This document shows, in pieces, positions 1 through 12,645 of a stretch of 64,000 bases of DNA; the first letter of the stretch is position 1; each line of letters opens with the position of its first letter. The stretch lies in contig NW_027191453.1 in the NCBI RefSeq assembly GCF_011745625.1, positions 310,001 through 374,000 on the forward strand, written 5' to 3'. The position numbers were made by a program, and so were the translations under genes. Origin of the DNA: Cladosporium halotolerans. Lineage: Eukaryota. Below the pieces are notes generated by a model. That model made no database searches. It saw only the letters and a list, made by a program, of their open reading frames with translations, and was not told where the DNA came from.

Positions 1-652
1 ATCGCGGAGATACGGATGCGTAAAGGAAGAGTGGAGTTCAAGTTCATTGAGTTTCTGTTGCATCAAAGGCGTCCTGTTTTGGCATGTAAGGAACGCTGCC
101 GTGGCTGTGTTGTTTGTCTTTTGTACCGCAAGTCTGATCGCTGTAATAAAAAAATACTCATCACCAAAACAGCCTATAGCAGAGCTTCATTCGACACGTT
201 CCTCGACTTAAAGTATCCGGAGTGCTGACATCCACAGCACATCACATACTCGTCTCCGGCAGACGATCGACTGCCGCATTGCCAAGCTCGCGATGTCATC
301 TCTCATTGGCATCACATCCCCGCACCCGCTCCGCCAAAGCCTATCCCCGGCACTTCAGCCTCCACTTCATCCTCCAAAGCATCGATCACCGCGATCGTCG
401 TGCGGACCTTGCAGGCCGTAGCCGCGACTCTGCCAATGCGGATGCCATCTGACGCCATCATGGACGTGTCCCCGAGGCAAAGCGTGCCGTACTGCGATGC
501 TAGGCTCACCCAGGAAATGAGCTGGCCAAGACAGAGTTGCTGACGTAGAGGTAGGTCAGCGGAATAAAGGTCGCTTGTTTCCTTCCCTGATCGTCTTTCC
601 TGTGCTGCCCACAGGTCCGTTGAACCATTGAAGCTCAAATATTGCTATCAAT

Positions 653-2015
653 ATGCTGGGAAGCTCACTTTTCGCGCTGGGAAGCGCCATCTTTGCTCTT
701 AGCAACGCTCAGACAGGCGCTGGCACTTCCAACCAAGGCCAGCAATTGCTCACAGATCCTGGAGTTTACGGGCCTGAGCTTGAAGTCGTGCACCTGTACT
801 TTGACCAATTCCCTACTGGCATCGCAGTGTCAAGAGAAGGACGCAGATTCTCCAACTACCCAGGTGGATTGGACCCGAACAACACATATCGCGGCGATGT
901 GCCCAAATATACCATTGCAGAGCTGCTGCCAAACAACACTGAGCGCGCATTTCCCAGCGCTGAGATGAACCAGCCGCCGGGTGGTGCTATCAATTACACC
1001 ACTTATCCCCCAACCGGAGCCAACTATCCCGACTACCTGATCGGCTCCCAATCCATCGTGATTGATTCCCTCGATCGGGCCTGGATCCTGGACACCGGCC
1101 GAGTCGCTACGCCCAACGGCACTCTCGTCGCTTCCTCCTACGGCGGACCCAAATTAATCGGCGTGAACCTCCAAAACAACACCGTCTTCAAAACGATCCT
1201 CTTCCCCCCAACCGTCGCCTACTCAGACTCCTACCTTAACGACGTCCGCTTCGACCTGCGCGCCAACCTCTCCGGCACCACGGGCCAGGGCATCGCGTAC
1301 ATCACCGACTCCTCCACCGAAGGCCGCAACGGCCTCGTCATGGCCGACCTCGGCTCTGGCGAGTCCTGGCGCCACCTCGACGGCAACTCCGACGTCCACC
1401 CCGAGAAGCAGCACGTCCAGTACCTCTATGGCGAAGCAATCTACGCCGCGCAGCCTGGCAAGCCCTTTACGTACCTCAACTTCGGCTCCGACGGCATTGC
1501 TCTATCCGCGGACGGAGAGCGTATTTACTGGAAGTCTGTCGCGAACAGGTACTTGTACTCTATCCCCACGGCGCGCTTGCGCGACAGGAGCACCAACAGC
1601 GAGGTCTTGGCTCAGGGCTCTATCAACAACCACGGCCAGTCGGGCATTTCTGACGGCATGGAGACGGACACCAACGGCTTCATTTACCACGGCAACATGG
1701 AGCAGAACTCCGTCGCGATTTTCAACCCGGCCAACGGGACTGTGCACACTTTTGTGCGGGACCCGAGGCTGAACTGGATCGATACTGTAAGTTGACCTCT
1801 TTTTTTTGAGACGGGACCAGCAGGCTCCGCAACGAAGTACGAGACTGACCTCATGATCACAGTTTGCCGTCGCCGAAGATGGCTACATCTACTTCACTGT
1901 CAACCAGCTGGTTTTCAGCGCTCTCAGCTATCCAGGAACTGACCGCCGTGTTAAGCCTTGGGCTCTGATGCGTGCTCCTTTGCCGAACAACGCCACGAAG
2001 GTGTCTTTGCGCTAA
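653..2015 (+). CDS. Secreted major royal jelly protein (MRJP/yellow) family beta-propeller protein; exons 653-1786 and 1863-2015
   Basis: Hydrophobic signal peptide; MRJP-type motifs (PTGIAVS..GRRF, RAWILDTG, YLNDVRFD, GSDGIALS, SDGMETD). Intron 1787 GTAAGT..CTGAC..CAG 1862 restores the frame (WIDT|FAVAEDGYIYFTVNQL) to TAA at 2013-2015. Confidence 0.9.
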
Positions 2016-2176
2016 GAAATGATGCACATCTTTCGTAGGTGGCAGGGTCTAGACCATGCCTGCCCGGAGTAATATCTTGAGACTCATGTAGACAACAATA
2101 ATGGAGCGGATAATGACACACAGAGTAAAGGCAATACATCTGTCACAGGCGGCGGGTAATTTCTCTATCTCTACGT

Positions 2177-5100
2177 CTACAACTCATCGTGGCCCTTGCT
2201 TTTCTCCTTCTCCGCGTCCTCCCGCTGCAGCCGCTCTTGAATGCTCTCCTCTTCTCTGCCCTGGACACCGGCATCGCCAGCATCGCCCGCCACAGGCTTG
2301 CCCTGTGCGTCGGCCTCCTTCACCTTCCTCGCCACCGCAGCAATCTCATCGTCATACACAGTCCACTCGGGCACCTGCCTCCTCGCGCGGTCGAGCTTCG
2401 GCTCCTTCGTCTGCGGATTGTTGCACAGATCGATCGTCTTGGCCTCGCGCAGCGCCTCGTCCGAGCACCACGTCTCGCACCACAGCCACTCCTGCGGCAG
2501 GCTGTGAATCGGCAGCGCCATCTGCATGTGGTTCGGCAGGTCCTGGTCGAGGTTGCTCAGGCTGTTCGGGTCCGCGGACAGCTGGTGGTACTGCTGGCGC
2601 AGGCGGTCGCCGGCCGCGATCTGGCGGAACTTCTTGAGGTCGACGACGTACAGCGCGGAGATGTGGTAGGGCTTCCCGCGCAGGAAGCTCTTCCAGTAGC
2701 CCTGCTTCCAGAAGCGGAAGCCCTCCATCTCGGTGCGCGAGTCGCACATGGGGGTGAAGCCGTAGGGGGCGCCCTGCAGGTCGTGCTGGACCAGGCTGTG
2801 CATGTCGGTGCGCACGATCTGGTCGGCGTCGACGAAGATGACCTTGTCGAGGTCGAGCGGGAAGAGCACGTCCAGGAACAGGATCTTGTAGCCCCAGATC
2901 TCGCGCTGCTTCTCCTTCTGCCCGCGCAGCCAGTGCGGCCACTTGTAGGTGACCATTTCGTACTGGAAGCCGTACTCCTTGGCCAGGGCGGGGAGGAAGG
3001 CTTTGAAGGAGGGCGAGAGGAACTGCTCGACGAACCAGAACTTGACGGTATGTTTGGTGTGCTTCATGACGGAGACCATCATGATGTTCAGCATGCGCTC
3101 GTAGAGGTGGCCGGATGCGACGGAGAAGATGTTGATGTCTGCGTGGCCGCTGGCGGACTTGCTGCTTCCTGGCAGCAGGCTCGAACCGATCTTGGTGGCT
3201 TTGGAAAGGTACTTGCTCGCCTGAGCGCCGGTGACACCAGCCTGCGCGAGGAGCTTGTCTGCTTGATCGGCAAGGCTCTCGACGGCTGTTTTCGAAGCCT
3301 CGAGGACGTCCTCGTCTTCCATGCCTGGCTTGCGTGCAAGTCGAGGGAAGAGAGTGGCGCCTCTGAAAGACATGAGCGCGATCTCGGAGTTCTCATCGCT
3401 TACGACCGGGTCGTAGCCATTCGTGCCCGCGCTCTCGATATGAAAGATGTCTTCGCTGCGGCCCTTCTGCAGAGCGAGCGTGTAGATACCGGGGTTTGCC
3501 TTGAACTGGAAATAGCCCAAGTTGGCCATGATGATGGTATCGGCAAAATGAGGGTCCAGCTCGGTGCCGAGCACGAGTTGCGCGCCACGAGGAGGCGGAC
3601 CGGAACCTGCTTCCCGCGAGTGGCCTTCAATGAGAATGTGCTCCAGTTCATATGTCGCCTCGATTTCTGTCTCTCCCTTGACTGCACTTAGCTTGATGTT
3701 GTCCAAGTCGTAGATACTTTCAGATGGCGCAACGAGCCACGAAGGTGGCAGGTCCATTCCCATGTTCAAAAGCGCTTCTGCGGGAAGGCTTGCGAAGTGT
3801 GCGCTTCGGCCTTGGAGGGAGCCATTTTGATCGAAAGTGGGCTTCGAGTCAAGTACGTAGCGGTAGAAGCGCTTGATGGGAAGCTCGTCAAGACGTTCCT
3901 TGGGGTTGAGGTACATGCATGTGTGCACGCCATCAAGCTCTGACAACGCCTTGATGATCGGGATCCACCTTTGGGCAAGCTCCGAAGTGGGATCGATAGA
4001 AGCAACAATCTGTATGGCGGCTGTGTCGCGGTCGCCTACCTTGATCGCCGTATGAGACGAGCTCCACTTGTCGAAAATGGCTGTCCGGATGGTTGGTGCT
4101 GCTTCGAAAATTCCCTCCGGTATATCGGAAACGAGGGAAAGAGCAATCAAGTTTGAGATCCTGGCGAAAGACAGCGGCGTCGATGATTTGCTTTCGAGGC
4201 CCATTGACTTGATCGCAAGGGCAGCAGGCGACAATCGCTGCTTGCGTTCATACGCCAGCAATGCATCGAGATCGTCCGAGCTGATGGACGAAGAGCTTTC
4301 CATGGGACCGACGATCCTGCCATTGAAAAGGAGGCCCTTCTGGCCCGGTACTAATCCTGCAGCTGGGGCGATGCCCGCGAATGGTGTCCAGAATGAGCCG
4401 TGCTCGCATGAGCTCCTGTCAGAGCTACACTTATCCAACAGGGTCTGGTGGATGCTTCTATAGATGTCTTGTCTGTGAGCGAAGTCTGGAGTAGCATTTT
4501 CACCATACTGCTCATTGACAAGTTTGTGATATTGGGACAAGATGTCCTGGAGCGAGTGAGAGTCGACTTTCGCTGAGAGTGGCGTAGGCGCTTGATCGGA
4601 GTTGCCAGTTGACACGTGCAAGACGGCAACCTCGATACCATTCGCGGCGTGGTCGTCTTGGAACAGGAGCGTTTCCATAAGGAGCTCCAGACCCGATTCG
4701 GAATTCAGATCCGCAGCGACTGTAAGGTGCACCAAGTTGTCCTCAACGCTGTCATTAGCCGCCGGCATGCTAGGGAGCTGCTCAAGGGGATGATCTCCGA
4801 CATTGATGTGCCTCGCATTTTTGTCATCTTCCGGGACCACCTGCGGATTGCGTCTCAAGCTGGCCTTTTCCAAGAATCGCAACGGCAGCCAATCTTCTTC
4901 GGCAACCTCTTGGTCAAAGATAGCATTTTGAGTGGTCCTGACATCCATCCCTACACGCTGGCTCATCAGAGGCAGCCATTCGTCAGATTTCTGTATCGCT
5001 ATGCCGTTGATGAAGATCGGAGCATCTGCGCCCTGGGCGCCGAGGCGGGACAGGTATGCGCTTGCAGAGGATAGGCGTGATTCCAGATCAGAAGTGTCCA

Positions 5101-6871
5101 TAACCTCTTGCATGGGAAGCAGGCTACGGTCACGCCTCAGTTTGCGCTCCGCAATTGCACCAAGGAAGTACTGCTCCTCAGGCTCTCCATACTTCTTACC
5201 GGCGCCCTCAACAGACTTTTCGAGGTAGTTCAGGACAGCGGCAAGGCCGTATGAATCAAGGAGATGATAGACTATACGAGCCTGTCGTGCGGCAGCCGCT
5301 GATTTGCCAGTAGGCACAAGACCGAACCGGATTGGGATCAACCGCTTGACGTAGCTCTGAAGACCTTCGGTGACCAAGAGGACGTCATCGCGTTTCGAGA
5401 AATCGATAGGGAACACAAGATTGTGCAGGTCACGGCGGACATTGGGGAGCTGGCCTGGATACGTCCGCTGAAGAAAGGCTGCAAGGCTGCTGGGCCAGCT
5501 TGAGTATCGCTTGTCTTTTTCGACATCGTTGAGCCACATGATGACATTGCCGCCCTCGTGCTCGTCACGCCAGTCGTACCTTTGTGGCTCCTGATCGACC
5601 TGGGAAGCAGTGATGGCCTCATGAGAGAGCAGCTGCACAGCCTGAGGACCGCTGAGCCCAAGTTCGCGGACACTGTTTATAGTTTTGCGCTCTCGGCGAA
5701 GGTGTTCGAGCAAGGTGTAGGCGTCGACATCTCTTCCCATAATTTGCACTCCGTTGATCCAAAGCACATTGAAGCCTGGTGAGAGAAGGATATCTCTGTT
5801 GTCATGATGCTCATTGAGGAACTCTTGCGAGATGTTCGTTGCCGCAATTGCGCTCGAATGCTTCGGAAAATCTTGTGAGAGCTTGACCAAGGTATCAAAA
5901 GGAGCATCATTTGCCAAAACGAAGCTTGCTGCTTTGATACCAAGCCGCCTGAGTTCCGACGCGGAGAGAGGACGAAGGTCCGATACTTCCTCCTCGCTCA
6001 AAGTGGCGTCTTCGGGTTTGACGACGCCGTCGTCCGCGCCGTCGTCCTGCTTACGGTCGTCAATAACAATGTAGTCAGTGCGCTTCAGTGCCATCTCAAC
6101 GCCATAGCCGCTGACCAGCAGCGGCTGAGGGCTCGCTTCCTCATTCGGTTTGTACCTCACGCGATACGATGACCGGTCGTCTTTCGCAGTCATGCTGACC
6201 GTCTTGTGAAACTCGCGGAAGGACGGTGAGGTGATATCGGCATACAGGACAGAGTGCTTGCCGCAGGTCGTACAGCCCAGCGTACGATCAAATGGCAAGG
6301 CTGGCACCTCAGTACTGGGCTTGCCCAACACCCGAGCACTTGACTGACTCAAGTCGGGAGAGCAATACCTTTGCCCAATCCATGGCACATGTACCCAGCT
6401 CTCGCAACCTTCGTCCTTGTCCTGCTCCAAGGTTGGTTGTATGGCAGTGTTGTAGTATTGAAAGTGTGCCTCTAACCTCGGCGCTGCCGAATGCATAGAC
6501 AGAGCCAAATCGAATGACGACAAATCTTCTGCCCGTGAAAGGTGTCCTTCATCCTGCAATAACTTCCTGAAGCTCGTGTACAAGTCCTGGTCCGTTTGCG
6601 CTGCGTCGAAGTAGCCTTCTGCTATACGATCGAGTAGGGGGAAGTAGGCTGTCGCGTTCTCTTCGGCGGCCGTTTCTCTGTTGTCTTCTGTCAGACGGGC
6701 ATTGGACACACCGAACGGCTGGTTCGAAACTCACAGCAGCTCTACAAGGTATGGCGGCGATCCAAAGGAGGTCTTCAGCGCGACATTGACCGAAGGTACG
6801 GCATTGATTCCAAGCGCAAGACCGAGCACAATGGCAGCTGCGCTAGCAAGCCTTACGCTATGCTTTGCCAT
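2177..6871 (-). CDS. UDP-glucose:glycoprotein glucosyltransferase (UGGT, GT24); exons 6871-6735 and 6677-2177
   Basis: Signal-peptide exon MAKHSVRLASAAAIVLGL..PPYLVELL joined by a GTGAGT..CAG intron (6734-6678) to ETAAEE. C-terminal GT24 motifs (INIFSVASGHLYER, FVDADQIVR, LSNLDQDLPN, WLWCETWC) and a terminal HDEL ER-retention signal. Confidence 0.96.
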
Positions 6872-7273
6872 GATGAGAAAGTATAGCAGCTGTGCACATA
6901 GACACGACACTGAATGTGACAGTTGAATTGGTCAAGTTCGCAAGGGAAGCTGGAACGTGGAACGTGAGAAGTGACGAAAGCGGCTACGTGTTGTCTTGAT
7001 AAGCTGCGACGGAGCGACAGACAACAATATATTGGCTGCTAATAGCTTACAATTGGGGAAAATCAAAATCGCCGCAAAACAACCTCGCGGTACATCTTAT
7101 GAAGGTGGAATGAGAAGGGATACCTGGATCTCTGTTTGTTTAGTGTCAGCCAGACCAACTTCACATGTCAATTCGGAGGTTGCGGCGAGTGGGATGAAAG
7201 CGGTTAGACTAGTCACGTGGTCTTAGATCTACGGAACGGTAAGGCGACGACTACGATGCGATACTCTTTTCTG

Positions 7274-9784
7274 TTAATTTCTGCTGTCGTTAAAGAAGCG
7301 TGACATGTCCTCAACTACTTCTGCAACTTGAGTGCCTTTTCCTTCGTTACTCTTAGGGAGACTCTCTTTGATCCAACCAGGGAGTTTCGTTTGCACTTTT
7401 GGTCGAGCGTACCTGGAGTCAAACAGAATGATACTGGCCCAATCGCCCTTGTGCCTGATAACTCGTCCGACCGCCTGATTGACCGCTCTCATGCAGACGT
7501 TCTCTGCATGCTCCCTGCTCGCACTGCCACTCGGTACTCCCCGAGCAGGGGCTCGGCTGTCGAGGTACTGCATTTTGGCCTTCCATTCGGGCGTCTCCAA
7601 ATTGGGGAAGGGCAAGCCTACCACCATGACGCAACGCCCTAAGTCATCGGAGAAGTTGATGCCTTCACTGAGCTTGCCGCCTATTACAGAGAACAGGAGT
7701 GCACCGCGGGGATTTGCCGAGACCGAATCGCTATACGATCCAAATGTCTCCTCAACAGACACCGCTCGGCTGTCGAAGAACGTCGGCTTGACTGAGCTGA
7801 TGCGAGCAGAGGTGCCGTCTTCGTTCCACTGCTTTCGAACCTGCTCGAGGTACGTGTAGCTGGAGAAGAAGATGACGGTTCCTCCCTGTATGTGCGGAAG
7901 AATGGCAAGGATAGCATTTCCTAGTCGCTGCATGGTGCTCACACTTTGCCTTGTTTTGTAGTTGAACTCGAGCGAACCTTCGTCGTCGGATGACACTGTG
8001 CGCACCAGCAGGTTACTAGCAGGGATGATGTGGCCGCAGGACAGAGTCGTGACAGACGGAAGGTACGGAAAGAGCTGCTCCGTGTAGTCGTCCATGGGTG
8101 ACATGGTACCGCCGGCGAGTATCACGGCTCTCGCGCTTTCCACGATATCACGGAAGTGCTCGGAAGGATCCAAGAGCATGTATCGCAAAATCGTCGCGCC
8201 ATTCTCGTTGGACCAGAAAAATTGTCCTTCTTTTGAAGGGTTCATCAGCGTCATCAAGAAGTTTTGTATCAGCGTGAGCGTAGGAGTCTCCGGCAACTGG
8301 GCTGCTACTTCGTCTTTCCCGGACTTGTTTTCTGTCGCTCTGAGATGCGAGATGTAGCCTTCTACCTTTCGCGCGAGCTTGCTCTCTGAGATGTAGCGCA
8401 CTAGTTTCGTTAGGTTGATCTGATCAACACCCTTACCGCTCAATAGGGAGCCAGGTTCAACAGTGCCTCCAGGAGCCTTCTCGTGCTCAAGATTCGCAGC
8501 AAATTGAATCAGAGAATCTATGACCCGTACCACTTGAGTGAGATACATGCGGTTGCTACCCTTGAGCCTGTTGCGGAATTTTTGCAAATATGTGATGAGG
8601 GACTCTCGAGCCAGACGTAACTGTTCTAGAGAGATTTGAGCGGAGCAGATACCCTCGACAGCATCCATTAGATTATGTGCCTCATCGACAATCACCACCT
8701 GGCCTTTGAGGCAAATACCCAGAGCTTCTCGGGCAGACTTTTGGAGGAGTAGTGGATATGGCAGCGTGACCATCTCGGCCGGGGGGACTGCCGGTCTGGA
8801 GGCATAGTATGGACATACGCCCAACTTTCTCCCTACGTCGGCAAGGTCTTCGATGTCGCGGATCGAGGCAAGTGCATGATCTTTGAAATCCAGGACAAGG
8901 CTTTCATCCTCTTTAGTAGGCAGGTATGAGCACTTCTTGTCGGCAGGCGTTTTCGATTGTTGCAGTTCCATGCAACGTTCATTGATGGCTGTCTGGCTTG
9001 CCAGCTTGTTTACTTTCGAATTGATACAAAGATTCTTGCGGGACCCGAGAGTGATCTGCTTGACTTCTTCAGTCAGCTCTGCGCTGGCCGTGTCTGGGCC
9101 TTGTTCCTCCGGAGGCAACCCGGCAGGTAACTTTACACGCTGAAGCTCGCCAACAAATTGAGACAACTGGGAATGGGTTCGTGAGCAAAAAAACACTTTG
9201 AGCTCTTCCTCCGTTTCTTCTGAGCTCCTTTGGTCCTGTTTAGGTAAGATCATGCCTAAGTTTTCCAGGAGCTTGGTGGTCTCGGCGGAATACTGAGATC
9301 GCCCATCTTTGCCCGGCACAGCCTCGTCGTCGCTGTGATAATCGTCGAGTACAAATTGATCTTCCGGCTCGTTTTTTTGCTCGTCTTTTAGTGCGTGCTG
9401 TCTCTGTCGTTTGCGCAAAGGTTCGCCACTCGTATGCTTCTCCCTTATCGTGCGCTCTTTTGCTCGCACCTTTTCTAGCCTCTGCTCAAACTCTGCACGC
9501 ATACTCAAGACCTCTTTTCGCTTAGATTCTCGAGCGTATTCAGCCATCCACTCTGGCTCGTCATCATCGATTTCGATGCTCTGCATGGCCTCGTCGAATT
9601 TTCGACGCTTGTGCTCGCGGAGCCATGTGAGCGAGCCACATATTAGGCTCAGCGACTTTCCAGTTCCAGTCGGCGATTCGAATATACCGACTTTGCCATT
9701 TTCGATGCAATCGTAAACAGCCTGCATGAACTGTTGCTGAATGTCATACGGCTGGAAAGGGTGATGGAAGTTCTTCTGTTCCAT
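7274..9784 (-). CDS. CHL1: Chl1/DDX11 Fe-S DNA helicase (sister-chromatid cohesion)
   Basis: FHHPFQPYDIQ Q-motif, ESPTGTGKSLS (motif I), CSRTHSQL, LGSRKNLC, CPYY, DEAH box, GGKLSEGINFSDDLGR, NQAVGRVIRH. Intronless; ATG at 9784 (MEQKNF). Confidence 0.95.
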   Translation of the reverse strand: MEQKNFHHPFQPYDIQQQFMQAVYDCIENGKVGIFESPTGTGKSLSLICGSLTWLREHKRRKFDEAMQSIEIDDDEPEWMAEYARESKRKEVLSMRAEFEQRLEKVRAKERTIREKHTSGEPLRKRQRQHALKDEQKNEPEDQFVLDDYHSDDEAVPGKDGRSQYSAETTKLLENLGMILPKQDQRSSEETEEELKVFFCSRTHSQLSQFVGELQRVKLPAGLPPEEQGPDTASAELTEEVKQITLGSRKNLCINSKVNKLASQTAINERCMELQQSKTPADKKCSYLPTKEDESLVLDFKDHALASIRDIEDLADVGRKLGVCPYYASRPAVPPAEMVTLPYPLLLQKSAREALGICLKGQVVIVDEAHNLMDAVEGICSAQISLEQLRLARESLITYLQKFRNRLKGSNRMYLTQVVRVIDSLIQFAANLEHEKAPGGTVEPGSLLSGKGVDQINLTKLVRYISESKLARKVEGYISHLRATENKSGKDEVAAQLPETPTLTLIQNFLMTLMNPSKEGQFFWSNENGATILRYMLLDPSEHFRDIVESARAVILAGGTMSPMDDYTEQLFPYLPSVTTLSCGHIIPASNLLVRTVSSDDEGSLEFNYKTRQSVSTMQRLGNAILAILPHIQGGTVIFFSSYTYLEQVRKQWNEDGTSARISSVKPTFFDSRAVSVEETFGSYSDSVSANPRGALLFSVIGGKLSEGINFSDDLGRCVMVVGLPFPNLETPEWKAKMQYLDSRAPARGVPSGSASREHAENVCMRAVNQAVGRVIRHKGDWASIILFDSRYARPKVQTKLPGWIKESLPKSNEGKGTQVAEVVEDMSRFFNDSRN

Positions 9785-9939
9785 TATGCAGAATTGCACA
9801 GATCATAATTCATTCATGCGGTTGTCTCGACATTCATGAACTTGGATTGAACCTTTAGCTTCTTTTAAGTCGCTCTGTTTGAATGTTGGATGTCCATACT
9901 TGCAGTGAAGCCAAAGTTCCAGAACATTTCGGCGAGGTT

Positions 9940-9974
9940 GACGCGCTCCCCGCGTTGACGCCATTTTGGACGCG
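9940..9974. promoter_or_regulatory. Three MCB-like ACGCG elements upstream of CHL1
   Basis: GACGCG 9940-9945, CGCGTT 9951-9956 and GACGCG 9969-9974, 160-190 bp upstream of an S-phase gene. MBF binding is inferred only. Confidence 0.35.
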
Positions 9975-10066
9975 CTGATTGGCTTGATCATGTTGTTTGC
10001 GAAGACACGACCGGGAAGAGGAGACGAGAGAATGAAGGTGGCAAGAAAAGTTGAGTATTCAAAGCC

Positions 10067-10919
10067 CTACCTATGTCTGCCTTTCCTGTATCTTACCGAA
10101 TCATCCGCTTGACTCTTTGCCGTCCCACTTGCCTTCTCGATGACCCACGTCTCAGCAACCTCCTTCTTCTCTGCTTGGCTGACTTCTTTGGTCTTTGCAT
10201 TTCTGATGCGTCTGATGTAGCCCAGATAGATCGCTACCTCAGCGGCGGCGACCGCAATGCTTCCGCCCATGGACAGGGCAAGCCGTTGTGGGACACTCCA
10301 GTGTCGAGCAACGATCCAGAAAGCCACGGCGCAAGCAATGATAGACACCAAGACGTTGATGATCAAGGCCATTTGCCTGTTGATGTCTTGATAGGTGACT
10401 TCATCGACATCGTCAACACCCGTCTGGCCATGGTAGGTATTGGGGTTGAACGAGGCTCCGGCAGCGTTCGGGAAGCGCTGATCGAAGGTCTCCTTTTCAG
10501 GAAGAGGATTTATCATGCGCTCGTACTGTCGCTGTTCTTCTTGCTGACGAAGTCTTCGCATGAGAGCTTTGTATTCTGGCGACTGGGACAAGTGTTATTA
10601 CACATCGTCGCGTCATCGCTAACATTGTACTTACAGGCTCAGGCTTCGGTGGCGGTGGCGCCCGGTAGACCTCAGCACCCTTCAAAAGCGTATCCAAACG
10701 CCATTCGCTGGGCGGAAAAATGCTGACAGAGGCCTCGGACCTGTTTTTTGCGATCAGATATTTGGAGACATCGATCAAGTCGGAGTGCTCGACAGGACTG
10801 CCTATTGCGACATTCTCGAGCCTCTGCTTCAGGTCATTGCTTGTATCCTGGGCGGCCGAGAATGCCACATATTCGTCGATAGCGGCCTTCGCAGCAGTTG
10901 TGACCGTTAGCAATACCAT
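10067..10919 (-). CDS. VMA12: ER V-ATPase assembly factor Vma12/Vph2 (TMEM199 family); exons 10919-10635 and 10582-10067
   Basis: MVLLTVT..LDTLLKGAEVYRAPPPPKPEP|SPEYKALMRRLRQQEEQRQYERM, followed by two C-terminal TM helices. Intron 10634-10583 (GTAAGT..CAG). Confidence 0.85.
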
Positions 10920-11231
10920 ACCTTGTCGATTGTCGCCAGGCAGCAAGATGGGCCAGGCTATGGTTAAAGGTGTATCTGCAAGCGAGAACCCTAGCGGCTT
11001 GAGCCGCTTGAGAGAGATCCTAGCGTTGAGCGTTGCAGCTCGGCGATCGCGAAAAATCCCCGGCGGAGATGGAGTTTGGGAGCCATCTTAGATCACCACG
11101 CAGACGTACCCTGATCACTGCTTTTGTATATTATCATCTTTCCTTCGTTAGCACCGACCGTGTAATACTACCCACCCGCCTCCCTTGGACCTCTCGCATT
11201 CAGCGATTCAAATCCACGACCAGCCTGCTAC

Positions 11232-12645
11232 ATGTCTGGACCTGCAGCGCGGACAGCGCTCGCCGGCACGAACCTCACCTTGTCATCCTCGCGCACCTCG
11301 ATATTACGAAGCAAATGCCCGGCATGCTTACGACCTCTGCCTTCTCGCCTCCTTCATAGTTCTGCAGCTCGCCGTTACAATGGCTCGAAACCGCTATCCG
11401 GGGTCGCCTCTGCCGTTTCGGCGGCAAAGCAGATGTTCGCAAACGGTGGCATGGCCCCCCCTCCGGGACCCATGGGCATTGATCCCTTGAAGGGCGTGGC
11501 GAAGGAGATGAAGTTCATGACGGGAAATATACGGCAGCTGTTGGGAAGTGGGCATCCGATGCTGGACACGGTTTCGAAGTACTACACGCAGAGCGAAGGG
11601 AAATACATAAGGCCGATGTTGGTGCTGTTGATGTCGCAAGCAACTGCGCTTCTGCCGAAGGAAAACACATCCACTGCGACCAGGAGAATCGACGAGCCGA
11701 TTTCATCACCGTCAGTTCTTTCGGATACCAACCCTAGCTCGCCATTGACCGGACAAGAAACGTACACCTCGGAGAACAGCGCGGACGAGAACGTGCTGCC
11801 TGCACAGAGGCGGCTGGCCGAGATTACCGAGCTCATCCACACTGCATCCCTCCTCCACGACGACGTAATCGACCACTCCGTCTCCCGCCGCGGCAACTCC
11901 AGCGCAAATATCGCCTTTGGCAACAAAATGGCCGTCCTCGCTGGTGATTTCCTTCTTGGTCGCGCATCCGTAGCCCTTGCGAGGATACGGGATCCCGAAG
12001 TCACGGAGCTTCTGGCAACTGTTATTGCGAACCTGGTGGAGGGAGAATTCATGCAGTTGAAGAACACCGCACTGGACGAGAAGAACCCGACATTTAGCGA
12101 GGACACAATCGAGTACTACATGCAAAAGACCTACTTGAAGAGCGCTTCTCTGATCAGCAAGTCCTGCCGCGCCGCGGCCTTGCTCGGCGAACACTCCGAT
12201 CAGGTGGTGGAAGCCGCCTACCAGTACGGCAAGAATCTGGGACTGGCCTTCCAATTGGTGGATGACATGCTTGACTACACTGTCAGCGGCGTGGAGCTGG
12301 GCAAGCCGGCTGGTGCCGACCTCGAGCTGGGTCTCGCGACCGCTCCTTTGCTTTTCGCATGGAAGAACAACAAGGAGCTTGGCACGCTGGTCGGTCGCAA
12401 GTTCGCTGAGCCTGGCGATGTGCAGAGGGTGAGTTTCACTTGATGTAGCTGAACAAAAACGAACAGTGGCTAATATGATACAGGCTCGCACCCTTGTCAT
12501 TGAAAGCGATGGCATTGAGCAAACCCGCGCTCTCGCTCAGGACTACGTGGACAAGGCTGCGCAGGCTATCGCCGATTTCCCCGACAGCCAGGCGAAGAAT
12601 GGCCTGCTCGAGATGTGCACGAAAGTCATGCAGCGCAGGAAGTGA
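11232..12645 (+). CDS. COQ1: Mitochondrial polyprenyl diphosphate synthase (ubiquinone side chain); exons 11232-12428 and 12484-12645
   Basis: Arg/Ser-rich presequence, GKYIRP, ELIHTASLLHDDVID (FARM), AFQLVDDMLD (SARM). Intron 12429 GTGAGT..GCTAAT..CAG 12483; stop TGA at 12643-12645. Confidence 0.95.

Noticed and set aside
2189..3691. 500-aa + strand ORF antisense to UGGT
   Set aside because: Shadow ORF caused by high GC3 in the UGGT frame; no motifs.
11712..12515. 267-aa ORF antisense to COQ1, and similar antisense ORFs over RED (27980-29171) and UBR1
   Set aside because: Antisense shadows of well-supported genes.
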